Source of the DNA: a virus
Lineage: Duplodnaviria; Caudoviricetes
DNA: 64,000 nucleotides
Direction: 5' to 3' (one strand)
IMG/VR virus record: IMGVR_UViG_3300028886_000028
Coordinates: 128,001-192,000 of that record
In this document: positions 1 to 9,100 of the stretch, in pieces
Layout of the letters: every line of letters starts with the position of its first letter
How positions within the stretch are numbered: position 1 is the first letter of the stretch
Program-made: the position numbers and the translations under genes
Notes under the pieces: model-generated
Seen by the model: the letters and a program-made list of their open reading frames with translations, nothing else
What the model was told of the DNA's origin: nothing
The model's database searches: none

Positions 1-2
1 AC

Positions 3-2216
3 TACATAAGAGAACTTGCCGAAAAGTTTTTCAAGCAGCAAAATATGATTCGTGTTGCTAATGAAATAATAAAAATAGCTGGAAAGGGAGATATTGAGAA
101 TTATGATAAATGTGTCGATATTTTAAATAAAGCATTAATACAAGGAACAAATGAAGATTTAGGATATTGTGTTTTTGATAACGAAAATGAAACATTATCT
201 GAGGAATATCGTGTGGCCATACCAACAGGAATAGGCAAGATTGACGAAACGCTTGAAGGTGGACTTGGAAAAGGAGAATTAGGAGTGATAGTTGGCTCTT
301 CTTCATTTGGTAAAGCCCAACCACTTGATGCTAGAATATTAACTCCAAATGGATATAAACTAATGGGAGAAATGTCTGTTGGCGATTATGTAATAGGTTC
401 TGACGGCAAGCCTCATGTTGTAAGTGGTATATATCCTCAAGGTAAAAGGCCAATATATAAAGTTTCATTTTCAAATGGCACTTCATGCGAATGTGATATA
501 GAACATTTATGGAATGTAAATTCTCTCTATCAAAGATGTGGTAAAAAATATGTCGCAGGAATTTCCAAAAACAGAGACGATAAAAGATATGTTCCTGACC
601 ATTCATTTAAAACTTTGTCTTTAAGAGAAATATTAGAAAAAGGACTAATTAAAAAAAGTTCTTCAAGATATAACTTCAAGGTTCCTGTGGTTAAACCTAT
701 TGAATTCGCCGGACAAGAAACTAAGTTTGACCCATATTTAGTAGGCTATTATATTGGTGATGGTTCTTTTAAAAGAGTTGAAATAACAGTTGGAAAAGAC
801 GATAAAGAATGTGTTGAATCAATTTTGAAACCAATTTTAAATGAAGATTTACATATTTTTTATAGAGAAAAAAGAAGCATCTATCAGTTTGATATTATAG
901 GGCAAACAAAAAAGAATTTAAAAGAATGTTTTTCTACAGAATGCAAGTCAGATGGTAAATTTATACCTAGAGAATATTTGTTTAATTCTATCGAAAAAAG
1001 AATTGCTGTTTTACAGGGTATAATGGATTCTGATGGCCACGCAAACAATAATGGTTCTTGCGAATTCTGTAGTAAGAGTAAACAACTCGCATTAGATGTG
1101 CAATTTCTTGTTCGTTCCCTTGGAGGTTTTGCAAGTTTAATAGAATCAAGTTCTTCATATTTTTCTAAAAAATATAATAAGAGAATAGATTGTGGCAAAC
1201 GTTATAGGGTTACTATAAGTATGTGTAACAACTCAATTCCATTATTTAGAATGGAAAGGAAACAAACAAGAGTTAAATATCGCACACGTGGGGCTGATGC
1301 TTTGTTTATGACAAACGTTGAATATGTTGGAGAAAAAGAAGCACAGTGTATAATGGTAGATTCTGATGAACATTTATATGTTACAGAAGATTTTATTGTA
1401 ACGCATAACACATCTTTGACCACAGCCATGTCGTCATTTGCTGCTACTTATCGTTCTCCGCAAAATAACAATGATGGGTATAAAGTTCTACAAATTGTTT
1501 TCGAAGACAGAGTTAAACAGATTCAAAGGAAACATTTTGGAAGAATTACAGGTTTTGAAGCAAAAGATTTATCAAAGCCGGGAATCATAGAACAAGTTAG
1601 AGAACAATTATCTAAATATCCTGATAGAGATTTATTGCAAAAAAATTTAAGGATAATAAGACTCCCAAGCGGAGAAAAAACTGCTGATGATATTAAAAGG
1701 CTTATTATTAAGCTTAAAAATAGTGGCTTTAGCCCAGACCTTGTTATTGTTGATTATTTCGAATGTTTACTTTGCAAAGGAGACTCAAGTGATGATAAAT
1801 GGGAAAAAGAAGGAAAAACCATGAGAAAGTTTGAGTCAATGGCAGGAGAACTTAATATAGGAATTTGGATACCAGTTCAAGGAACTAAAGATTCTCTTAA
1901 TGTGGAAGTTGTTACGATGGATAAAGCAGGAGGCTCTTTTAAGAAGATTCAAATTGCGCACATTGTTATGTCAATAGCAAGAACTGTTGCAGATATTGAA
2001 GAAAGTAAAGCAACAATAGCAATATTGAAAAATAGAGCAGGAAAAGCAGGAAAAGTGTTTAATAATGTGGAGTTTAACAATGGAACTTGCAGGATTAGTA
2101 CTGATAATGTTGATGAATTTAATGGCTTGTTGGCGTTCAATAAAAGCAAAGAAGAAGAAACAAAAAATATTCAAAAAACAATAGTTCAAGCAATAGCTAA
2201 TAGACAACAAAAATAG
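3..2216 (+). CDS. dnaB: Replicative DnaB/gp41-like SF4 helicase (5'-truncated by window) containing an intein
   Basis: Frame is open from base 3. PTGIGKIDETLEGGLGKGELGVIVG, Walker A GSSSFGK|T split by the intein, Walker B LVIVDY, ILKNRAG motif. Confidence 0.9.
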   Translation, partial: YIRELAEKFFKQQNMIRVANEIIKIAGKGDIENYDKCVDILNKALIQGTNEDLGYCVFDNENETLSEEYRVAIPTGIGKIDETLEGGLGKGELGVIVGSSSFGKAQPLDARILTPNGYKLMGEMSVGDYVIGSDGKPHVVSGIYPQGKRPIYKVSFSNGTSCECDIEHLWNVNSLYQRCGKKYVAGISKNRDDKRYVPDHSFKTLSLREILEKGLIKKSSSRYNFKVPVVKPIEFAGQETKFDPYLVGYYIGDGSFKRVEITVGKDDKECVESILKPILNEDLHIFYREKRSIYQFDIIGQTKKNLKECFSTECKSDGKFIPREYLFNSIEKRIAVLQGIMDSDGHANNNGSCEFCSKSKQLALDVQFLVRSLGGFASLIESSSSYFSKKYNKRIDCGKRYRVTISMCNNSIPLFRMERKQTRVKYRTRGADALFMTNVEYVGEKEAQCIMVDSDEHLYVTEDFIVTHNTSLTTAMSSFAATYRSPQNNNDGYKVLQIVFEDRVKQIQRKHFGRITGFEAKDLSKPGIIEQVREQLSKYPDRDLLQKNLRIIRLPSGEKTADDIKRLIIKLKNSGFSPDLVIVDYFECLLCKGDSSDDKWEKEGKTMRKFESMAGELNIGIWIPVQGTKDSLNVEVVTMDKAGGSFKKIQIAHIVMSIARTVADIEESKATIAILKNRAGKAGKVFNNVEFNNGTCRISTDNVDEFNGLLAFNKSKEEETKNIQKTIVQAIANRQQK
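315..1409 (+). mobile_element. Class 3 intein with LAGLIDADG homing endonuclease (365 aa) inserted in the helicase P-loop
   Basis: Starts AQPLDARILTPNG, block B ECDIEHLW, block F EAQCIMVD, ends FIVTHN followed by +1 Thr. LAGLIDADG-like motifs YLVGYYIGDG and LQGIMDSDG. Confidence 0.92.
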
Positions 2217-2391
2217 AAAAAATATTTTTTTAGCGGAAAATATTGGCTGTCATAATGTTATGCATGACAGCTAATTTTATTTTAATAAAAACTAACAATT
2301 TTATAAAAAATTAACATATTTATTCTTACATCAAGATGATAAATGGTTAACCGAAAAATGTAAAATAATGAAAATTTAAAGTTTTGCTTTA

Positions 2392-4587
2392 ATGGAAGTA
2401 AGAAAAAATGACAATTCTTTTGAGGATTTTGATGCCTCTAAGATTAAACGTGGCATTTGCGAAGCATATAATGCTGCAAAAGAAGTTTGCCCGGATGGAC
2501 TTATAGAATCGTTGGTAAAAAATTTATTTATTTACGACAAAATCAGTTCTCAAGAGATTAGAAGGCAAGTTGAAGAGGCTCTAATGTCTGTAAATAAGAA
2601 AGTTGCTAGAATATATATCAGAGCATATGAAGAAGAAGAAGGGAAAAATAAAACGTTAAAAAAAGATAGTGATTTTATAAAAGATTACATTAACGCATCA
2701 AATGCTTCTACTGGTTCCAAATATGACTCAAACGCAAATGTAGAAAACAAAAATGTTGTAACTCTTGGTCAAGAGCTTCATAAAGGTAAAAATATTCAGC
2801 AAAATAGATATATAATGCATAATAAGATTAAAGCGTTATATTCAAAAAGACTTGCAGACCAATATATTAAAGACCTTGAAAGTCATATACTTTATAAACA
2901 CGATGAAAGTGGTACACCTGGATATCCGTATTGTGTTGCAATAACAATGTATCCATTTCTTATTGATGGCTTAAAGAGTTTAGGCGGTCAGTCAAATGCC
3001 CCAACAGACCTCAAGTCATATTGTGGAGAGTTCATCAATTTGGTTTATTCCGTGTCATCACAATTCATGGGGGCTGTAGCTACACCAGAGTTTCTCATGT
3101 ACATGGATTACTTCATTAGAAAAGATTATGGTGACGATTATTTGAACAAATTAGGAGAAAAAGTTGAAATAAATAGAAAGGGAAGAACACTTGAGCAAGT
3201 AATAGAAAATTGTTTTCAACAAGTTGTCCATTCAATGAATATGCCGGCTGGTAATCGCGGCTACCAAACTGTTTTTTGGAATGTTGGCTATTTTGATAAA
3301 AATTATTTTGAAGGAGTTTTTAGTGGGTTTAAATTTCCGGATGGAACAGAACCAAAGTGGGAAACATTGTCTTGGCTTCAGAAGAAATTTATGAAATGGT
3401 TTAACGAAGAAAGAACAAAATATATTTTAACATTTCCTGTTGAAACGATGGCAATGCTTACTGATGGCCATGATATAGTTGATAAGGAATATGCAGATTT
3501 TACAGCAGAAATGTGGTCTGAAGGTCATTCATTCTTTTGTTATTTAAGTGATTCTCCCGATTCTTTGAGTTCGTGTTGCAGACTCCGAAACTCTCTTAAA
3601 GACGGCGAATTAGACGATGAACACAACCATACGACACATCAATTTTCTATGGGTACTGCTTCTGTGGCAACCGGTTCTAAATCTGTTATGACCATTAACC
3701 TTAATAGGGTCATTCAGAATGCTACAAGAATTTATTTCAAAGAGATAGAAAATATTGATATTGAAAATGGTGGGCAAATAGATATTAAAAATGTTAAAGA
3801 CAAAAAGTTGCTTTATTCATTCATTCAGGATGGTATTACTGAAATAACGGAAAGAGTTCATAAATATCAAAGAGCATTTAATGAAATTATAAAGGATTTT
3901 TTCAACGCCAATATGTTAGATGTTTATAGAGGTGGTTTTATAAATATGAAAAAACAATATTTAACTGTAGGCGTAAATGGATTAACAGATGCGGCAGAAT
4001 TTCTTGGTATAGAACCAAATATTAACGATGATTATAAAGAATTTGTAAATACTGTTCTTGAAACAATTAATGTTTCTAATAAAAAGGATAGAACAAGAGA
4101 TTGCATGTACAACACAGAATTTGTGCCAGGCGAAAATCTTTCTAATAAAAATTACAATTGGGATAAGAAAGATGGGTATTATGTTTCACCAAAGCATATA
4201 ATGTATAGCAGTTATTTCTTTAATCCTGAAGATGATAGTTTATCATTACTTGACAAAATGAAATTGCACGGAAATGATTTTGTTAAATATCTTGATGGGG
4301 GCCAAGCTGCGCATTTAAATATAAATGAGCATTTATCATTTGACCAATATAGGCAATTATTGAGAGTGGCTTCTGAATATGGCTGTAGTTATTTCACATT
4401 CAATTGCAGAAATACAGTTTGTAATGATTGTGGCTATATAAGTAAAGATACATTAGATGCTTGTCCAAAATGCGGAAGTAAAAATTTAGATTATCTTTCC
4501 AGAATAATTGGGTATTTGAAACGTATAAGCTCTTTTAACGAAGCAAGACAAGTTGAAGCAAAAATGAGATATTATAATAAAGAATAA
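2392..4587 (+). CDS. nrdD: Anaerobic (class III) ribonucleoside-triphosphate reductase with N-terminal ATP cone
   Basis: MEVRKND..FD..KI ATP cone, SSCCRLRN loop, C-terminal CNDCG...CPKCGS zinc site, glycyl-radical motif RIIGYL. Confidence 0.95.
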   Translation: MEVRKNDNSFEDFDASKIKRGICEAYNAAKEVCPDGLIESLVKNLFIYDKISSQEIRRQVEEALMSVNKKVARIYIRAYEEEEGKNKTLKKDSDFIKDYINASNASTGSKYDSNANVENKNVVTLGQELHKGKNIQQNRYIMHNKIKALYSKRLADQYIKDLESHILYKHDESGTPGYPYCVAITMYPFLIDGLKSLGGQSNAPTDLKSYCGEFINLVYSVSSQFMGAVATPEFLMYMDYFIRKDYGDDYLNKLGEKVEINRKGRTLEQVIENCFQQVVHSMNMPAGNRGYQTVFWNVGYFDKNYFEGVFSGFKFPDGTEPKWETLSWLQKKFMKWFNEERTKYILTFPVETMAMLTDGHDIVDKEYADFTAEMWSEGHSFFCYLSDSPDSLSSCCRLRNSLKDGELDDEHNHTTHQFSMGTASVATGSKSVMTINLNRVIQNATRIYFKEIENIDIENGGQIDIKNVKDKKLLYSFIQDGITEITERVHKYQRAFNEIIKDFFNANMLDVYRGGFINMKKQYLTVGVNGLTDAAEFLGIEPNINDDYKEFVNTVLETINVSNKKDRTRDCMYNTEFVPGENLSNKNYNWDKKDGYYVSPKHIMYSSYFFNPEDDSLSLLDKMKLHGNDFVKYLDGGQAAHLNINEHLSFDQYRQLLRVASEYGCSYFTFNCRNTVCNDCGYISKDTLDACPKCGSKNLDYLSRIIGYLKRISSFNEARQVEAKMRYYNKE

Positions 4588-4590
4588 GTT

Positions 4591-4869
4591 ATGGTTAAAA
4601 AAGTTTTAAAAATGTCAGCAAGCTGGTGTATGCCTTGCAAAGTTTATTCAAAAACGTTTAATGAAGTAAAAAGTGAAGAAAAATACAAAGATATTACTTT
4701 TGAAGAAATTGATGTGGAAGAAAATGAAGATTTAGCAATGAAATATGGCGTTAGAGCAGTACCGACAACAATTATACTTGGCGAAGAGGATAAAGTATTA
4801 TCTATGTTTAATGGCAACGTTCCAAAATCGTTTTTAGAAAATAAAATAGAGGAATCGAAAAATGGTTAA
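4591..4869 (+). CDS. Thioredoxin-family protein
   Basis: WCMPC active site, YGVRAVPT cis-Pro motif, 92 aa, between nrdD and nrdG. Confidence 0.9.
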   Translation: MVKKVLKMSASWCMPCKVYSKTFNEVKSEEKYKDITFEEIDVEENEDLAMKYGVRAVPTTIILGEEDKVLSMFNGNVPKSFLENKIEESKNG

Positions 4870-5371
4870 GTATTATAATGCTATGGTGGTATTCGAAGAA
4901 ATACCAAATGAAATAACATTGGCTATTAATATTACCAATTGCCCCTGTAAATGTTCAGGGTGTCATTCAAAGTTTTTATGGGAAAATATAGGAACTGAAC
5001 TTACAGTAGAAGAGCTTGATTTGTTAATTGAAAAAAATGACGGTATAACTACAGTATGTTTTATGGGTGGCGATGCTTCTCCTGATACAATATGCGCATT
5101 AGCTGAATACGTACACGAAGTTAAAAAATTGAAAGTTGGTTGGTATAGTGGTAAAGATGAATATTATAAAAATATAGAATTTAATTGGTTTGATTATATA
5201 AAATTAGGCCATTATGATGAAAAATTAGGGCCATTGAATAAAAACACCACAAACCAAAGGTTATATAAATTAAAACACGAAAAAGTACAAAATGATTCAA
5301 CCGGTGATAAATTAACTAATGTAAAACGTATTTTATTTGAAGATATAACTAATTTATTTTGGAAAAAGTGA
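4862..5371 (+). CDS. nrdG: Class III RNR activating radical-SAM enzyme
   Basis: CPCKCSGCHS (CxxxCxxC), FMGGD, DYIKLGHY, TTNQRLY; adjacent to nrdD. Confidence 0.92.
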   Translation: MVKYYNAMVVFEEIPNEITLAINITNCPCKCSGCHSKFLWENIGTELTVEELDLLIEKNDGITTVCFMGGDASPDTICALAEYVHEVKKLKVGWYSGKDEYYKNIEFNWFDYIKLGHYDEKLGPLNKNTTNQRLYKLKHEKVQNDSTGDKLTNVKRILFEDITNLFWKK

Positions 5372-5394
5372 CCATGTTTATGGCCACTTTTTTT
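5363..5394 (+). terminator. Intrinsic terminator after nrdG
   Basis: AAAAGTGACCAT-GTTT-ATGGCCACTTTT hairpin followed by T-run. Confidence 0.7.
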
Positions 5395-5424
5395 GTTTTC
5401 TATATTTATTAAAAAAACAGTAAT

Positions 5425-5754
5425 ATGAAAAAGTTAGTAGGTTTCTTATTAAGTATTTTAATTTTATCTTGTACTCCCAAAAAAATAATCACTGATGATG
5501 CAAAATATGGCGTTATGATTAATGAAATGAACGGGGTTTATTCTGTTGTTCAATTTGATTCTATGTGCATTGCAGATGCATTGCCAAAAGATTTTTCTAA
5601 ATGGGAAACTATTTTTATTGTAGATTATGAAACAAAAGAGAAGTACACATTATACCTTTATGTGAAAGAATATGGTATGTCAGAATCTGTGTATAAAGTA
5701 GAAAGTGTTTCTCAGGATAGCATAAAAATAATTAAAAGAGTAATTTCTGAATAA
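5425..5754 (+). CDS. Putative lipoprotein
   Basis: MKK + hydrophobic stretch + ILSC lipobox. Confidence 0.65.
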   Translation: MKKLVGFLLSILILSCTPKKIITDDAKYGVMINEMNGVYSVVQFDSMCIADALPKDFSKWETIFIVDYETKEKYTLYLYVKEYGMSESVYKVESVSQDSIKIIKRVISE

Positions 5755-5756
5755 CT

Positions 5757-6380
5757 ATGAATTATGGTTTTATACCGTCAAAAATAGATGGAACTGAGTT
5801 GGAATATAAGGAAGAAAAAGGAATGAAGATTCCTGAGTCTTATAATTATAAAAAATATTTACCGAAGGTAATTAATCAGGGTTCTAGGCCAATATGTGTT
5901 CCTTGTTCTATATCTGCATATATAAATTGGAGCAAAAATTTAGAAACAGGTGATAATAAAAAAGATAATAATGTTAATTTGAATGAAATATATAAAAGCA
6001 GAAGCAATGATGATGATAATGGTATGTCGTTCAAAGATGCATTTAAATTTTTAAGGCACGAAGGGGTTAATACAAGTAGTGGTATATATAAAATAAAGCG
6101 TTATGCTAAAATAGGCTCAATATTGGCTTTAAAACAAGCATTAATTGCTAATGGCCCATGTGTTGGTGGCTTGCCTGTTTACTGCACATATAATTGCGAA
6201 TTTTGGTATAAAATTCCCAGGGAAAGTTTTAAAGGAGGCCATGCTGTTTCTATTGTTGGCTATAATGAAAATGGTATAATTATAAGAAATTCATGGGGAG
6301 AAAGCTATTGTGATGATGGGTATGCTGTAATACCTTACGATGAGTTCCAAACATTTACTGAGTTATGGACAGTATTTTAA
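5757..6380 (+). CDS. Papain-like (C1 family) cysteine peptidase
   Basis: NQG..ICVPCS (Gln/Cys), GGHAVSIVGY (His), IRNSWG (Asn). Confidence 0.88.
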   Translation: MNYGFIPSKIDGTELEYKEEKGMKIPESYNYKKYLPKVINQGSRPICVPCSISAYINWSKNLETGDNKKDNNVNLNEIYKSRSNDDDNGMSFKDAFKFLRHEGVNTSSGIYKIKRYAKIGSILALKQALIANGPCVGGLPVYCTYNCEFWYKIPRESFKGGHAVSIVGYNENGIIIRNSWGESYCDDGYAVIPYDEFQTFTELWTVF

Positions 6381-6404
6381 TGGGTGGCGTTGCTACCCAT
6401 TTTT
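6379..6404 (+). terminator. Intrinsic terminator after the peptidase gene
   Basis: AATGGGTGGC-GTT-GCTACCCATT hairpin plus T-run. Confidence 0.7.
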
Positions 6405-6462
6405 GTTTACTAGGAAATGTAAAAAACTATTTTTTAAATAATTATATAGTAAAATTATTTTA

Positions 6463-6852
6463 ATGGCTAAAAAACAATTTTTTAATATAAAGTATCCTTT
6501 CACAACGAACGATTATCAAAATTTTTTCGTTGATGTTAACATGTCTGAAAAGGATAAAATAAGAAGTCAAATAATGCATGTTGTATTTACTCCTAAAGGG
6601 CAAAGAATAAGAAACCCTGAATTTGGAACTGACCTTATTAAATATATTTTCAGCCCAAATGATTCTCAAACATGGGAGGGCGTTAAAAATGAAATCATTT
6701 CTTCAGTTCAAAGGTTTGTGCCTGGTTGCGTAATAAATGACATAAGGGTTGTTCAAAGCGATGATGAGAGGGCTGAAATTTTTGTAAGGATGGATTATTC
6801 TATAAAACAAGGTAATAAAATAACTAATGACAGCATAATAACTCAAATATAA
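6463..6852 (+). CDS. Baseplate wedge protein, gp25-like
   Basis: VFTPKGQRIRNPEFGTDL..YIF motif of GPW/gp25 family; 129 aa; first gene of the structural block. Confidence 0.85.
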   Translation: MAKKQFFNIKYPFTTNDYQNFFVDVNMSEKDKIRSQIMHVVFTPKGQRIRNPEFGTDLIKYIFSPNDSQTWEGVKNEIISSVQRFVPGCVINDIRVVQSDDERAEIFVRMDYSIKQGNKITNDSIITQI

Positions 6853-8870
6853 TGGAAAAAAAAATAAATTATTTATCAAAAAACTTTGACGATTTTAAGT
6901 CGGAATTAATAAATTTTAGTAACAAGTATTATCCGGAATTATCTGATAGTTACAATGATTCAAGTGTAGGCGCTTGGTTCATTGATTTGGTTGCTGCTGT
7001 TAGTGATAATTTATCTTATCACATTGATAGAATGTATCAAGAGACAAATGTTAATAGCGCAACTTTAAAGAGCACAGTATTAAATATAGCTCGTACAAAT
7101 GGTTTAAAAGTTCCTGGCCCTAAGGCAAGCACTTGTGAAGTAGAATTAAGTTGTATTCTTCCTGTTGGAAATATAACAACTGGAAGCATATCTCAACCTA
7201 ATTGGAATTACGCCCCAATAATTAAAAGGAGCACTATAGTGTCAGCAGGAAATCTTAATTTTCAATTAATGGAAGATGTTGATTTTGGTGAACAGTTTAA
7301 TAGTGAAGGATATTCAAATAGAACTTTTGTTCCGATGAGGGATAGTAATAGTACTATAACGGCATATACTGTTACTAAATCAACTTTAGCTGTTAATGGT
7401 AGTACTAGAATTTATAAAAAGGTAATTCTTAAACAAGATTTAAAACCTTTTATGGAAGTTGTATTACCTGAAAAAGATGTTATGAATGTAGAATCAATAA
7501 TTTTTAAAGAAACTTCTAATTTTAAAAAAGAGCCTGAGGTTTCTGAATTTTATATTGATGCTGAACAATATAAGATGACTGAAGAAGCTGCTGATACGTT
7601 TAGGTTTTTCGAGGTTAATTCTTTAGCAGAACAGTATAGGTTTGCGACAGAAACAAAAATAGATAACGGTATTTTACAGGATTATTTTAACCCTGAATGG
7701 TATGATGATTATACAGAAAGTAATGATAGTGAAACTGGGTCAACAAGAACTACAAGATATTATAGAGGAAAGTGGAAGCCAATAACACAGAAATTCATTA
7801 CTGAATATACAGACAATGGGTACATGAAAATTATTTTTGGCAGCGGAGTATTATATGATGAACTTCCTAAAGTTAAAGAAAAATTTTCAGAGAGGATTAT
7901 GTCTAAAATCATTAATAATGATATGCTTGGAGTATTGCCAAGAGAAGGATGGACTATGTTTGTTCTTTATAGAGTAGGCGGCGGCGTATCAAGTAATATA
8001 GGAGTTGGTGCTATAAATTCTATAACTCTTACCGTAGCAGAATTTAAGCAAAACGTTACTGATGAGGAAGACTCACCTTCTATAAGGGGTCAAGTGCTTA
8101 ATTCTTTATCTGTTACAAATACAAGCCCTGCTGTTGCTGGTAAAGATGCGCCATCTAGCGAAGAAATAAAGTATCTTACAAAATATAATAATTCTTCTCA
8201 AGAAAGGTGCGTTACATTGAAAGATTACAAATATAGACTTATGATGATGCCTCCTAAGTATGGAGCACCTTATAGGGCAGCAGTAATAGAGGATAATAAT
8301 AAAATAACTATTAGTATATTAGGATTAAATGCTAATGGTAAATTAACTAAAGAATTGCCAGAAACGCTAGTAGAAAATATAGAAGAATATATGTCTCATT
8401 TTAGAACCGTTAGTGACTATATAGAAGGTAAGAGTGGAAAAATATACAACTTAGGTTTTTCTATAGATTTATTTGTCAGTAAAACATATGACGCTCCTAC
8501 TGTTTTAAGTAATGTTATAGAACGAATTAAAGATTATATGTCAGTTGACAAACATGATATGGGAGAAGATATTTTCCTAGGAGACCTTGAAAAGGAAATA
8601 ATGCTTGTTGATGGAGTTGTATCATTAATAAACTTTGATGTGTATAGTTTATATAACGGAGCATATAGTTCAGACAGATGCCCTTATCCAGAAGCAGATG
8701 TTACTGGATTGTGTGCAACTGCTGCTGTTGGTGTTTTTAAAGTTGATAACAGTGCTGATTCGTTTAAAATAAATCTGGATGCTATAGACCATGTGTTGTA
8801 TAGTGATTATAACAGTTGTTTTGAAATTTTCTCAGATTCAGATATTCAAATAAGATGTAAATTGATATAA
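6852..8870 (+). CDS. Baseplate wedge subunit, T4 gp6/P2 J-like
   Basis: NYLSKNFDDFKSEL, YHIDRMYQET, IIFGSG, YRVGGG..SNI, QERCVTLKDY motifs; follows gp25-like gene. Confidence 0.8.
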   Translation: MEKKINYLSKNFDDFKSELINFSNKYYPELSDSYNDSSVGAWFIDLVAAVSDNLSYHIDRMYQETNVNSATLKSTVLNIARTNGLKVPGPKASTCEVELSCILPVGNITTGSISQPNWNYAPIIKRSTIVSAGNLNFQLMEDVDFGEQFNSEGYSNRTFVPMRDSNSTITAYTVTKSTLAVNGSTRIYKKVILKQDLKPFMEVVLPEKDVMNVESIIFKETSNFKKEPEVSEFYIDAEQYKMTEEAADTFRFFEVNSLAEQYRFATETKIDNGILQDYFNPEWYDDYTESNDSETGSTRTTRYYRGKWKPITQKFITEYTDNGYMKIIFGSGVLYDELPKVKEKFSERIMSKIINNDMLGVLPREGWTMFVLYRVGGGVSSNIGVGAINSITLTVAEFKQNVTDEEDSPSIRGQVLNSLSVTNTSPAVAGKDAPSSEEIKYLTKYNNSSQERCVTLKDYKYRLMMMPPKYGAPYRAAVIEDNNKITISILGLNANGKLTKELPETLVENIEEYMSHFRTVSDYIEGKSGKIYNLGFSIDLFVSKTYDAPTVLSNVIERIKDYMSVDKHDMGEDIFLGDLEKEIMLVDGVVSLINFDVYSLYNGAYSSDRCPYPEADVTGLCATAAVGVFKVDNSADSFKINLDAIDHVLYSDYNSCFEIFSDSDIQIRCKLI

Positions 8871-9100
8871 TGAATTGTAATTGTAAAGAATTAAAGAATG
8901 GAAATGATATTGATGCGGAAATTATAAAACGAATTGAAAGTAAAGAATTAACATTTTTCACAAAACTTACTATAATTTACAATTTTTTAGAATTTTATTT
9001 TTATTTCGTCGCCACATCAATATTAAATTTTATGGCTACAGATAAGTTAGAGCCAAGCATACCTAAAAGGTTACTTAAGAAGTATAAAAGCAATGGATAA
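8870..9100 (+). CDS. Small hypothetical protein with hydrophobic segment
   Basis: Stop/start-coupled to both neighbours. Confidence 0.55.
   Translation: MNCNCKELKNGNDIDAEIIKRIESKELTFFTKLTIIYNFLEFYFYFVATSILNFMATDKLEPSIPKRLLKKYKSNG

Noticed and set aside
2392-4587. Intron or intein in nrdD
   Set aside because: ORF is continuous, of normal length, with no splicing motifs seen
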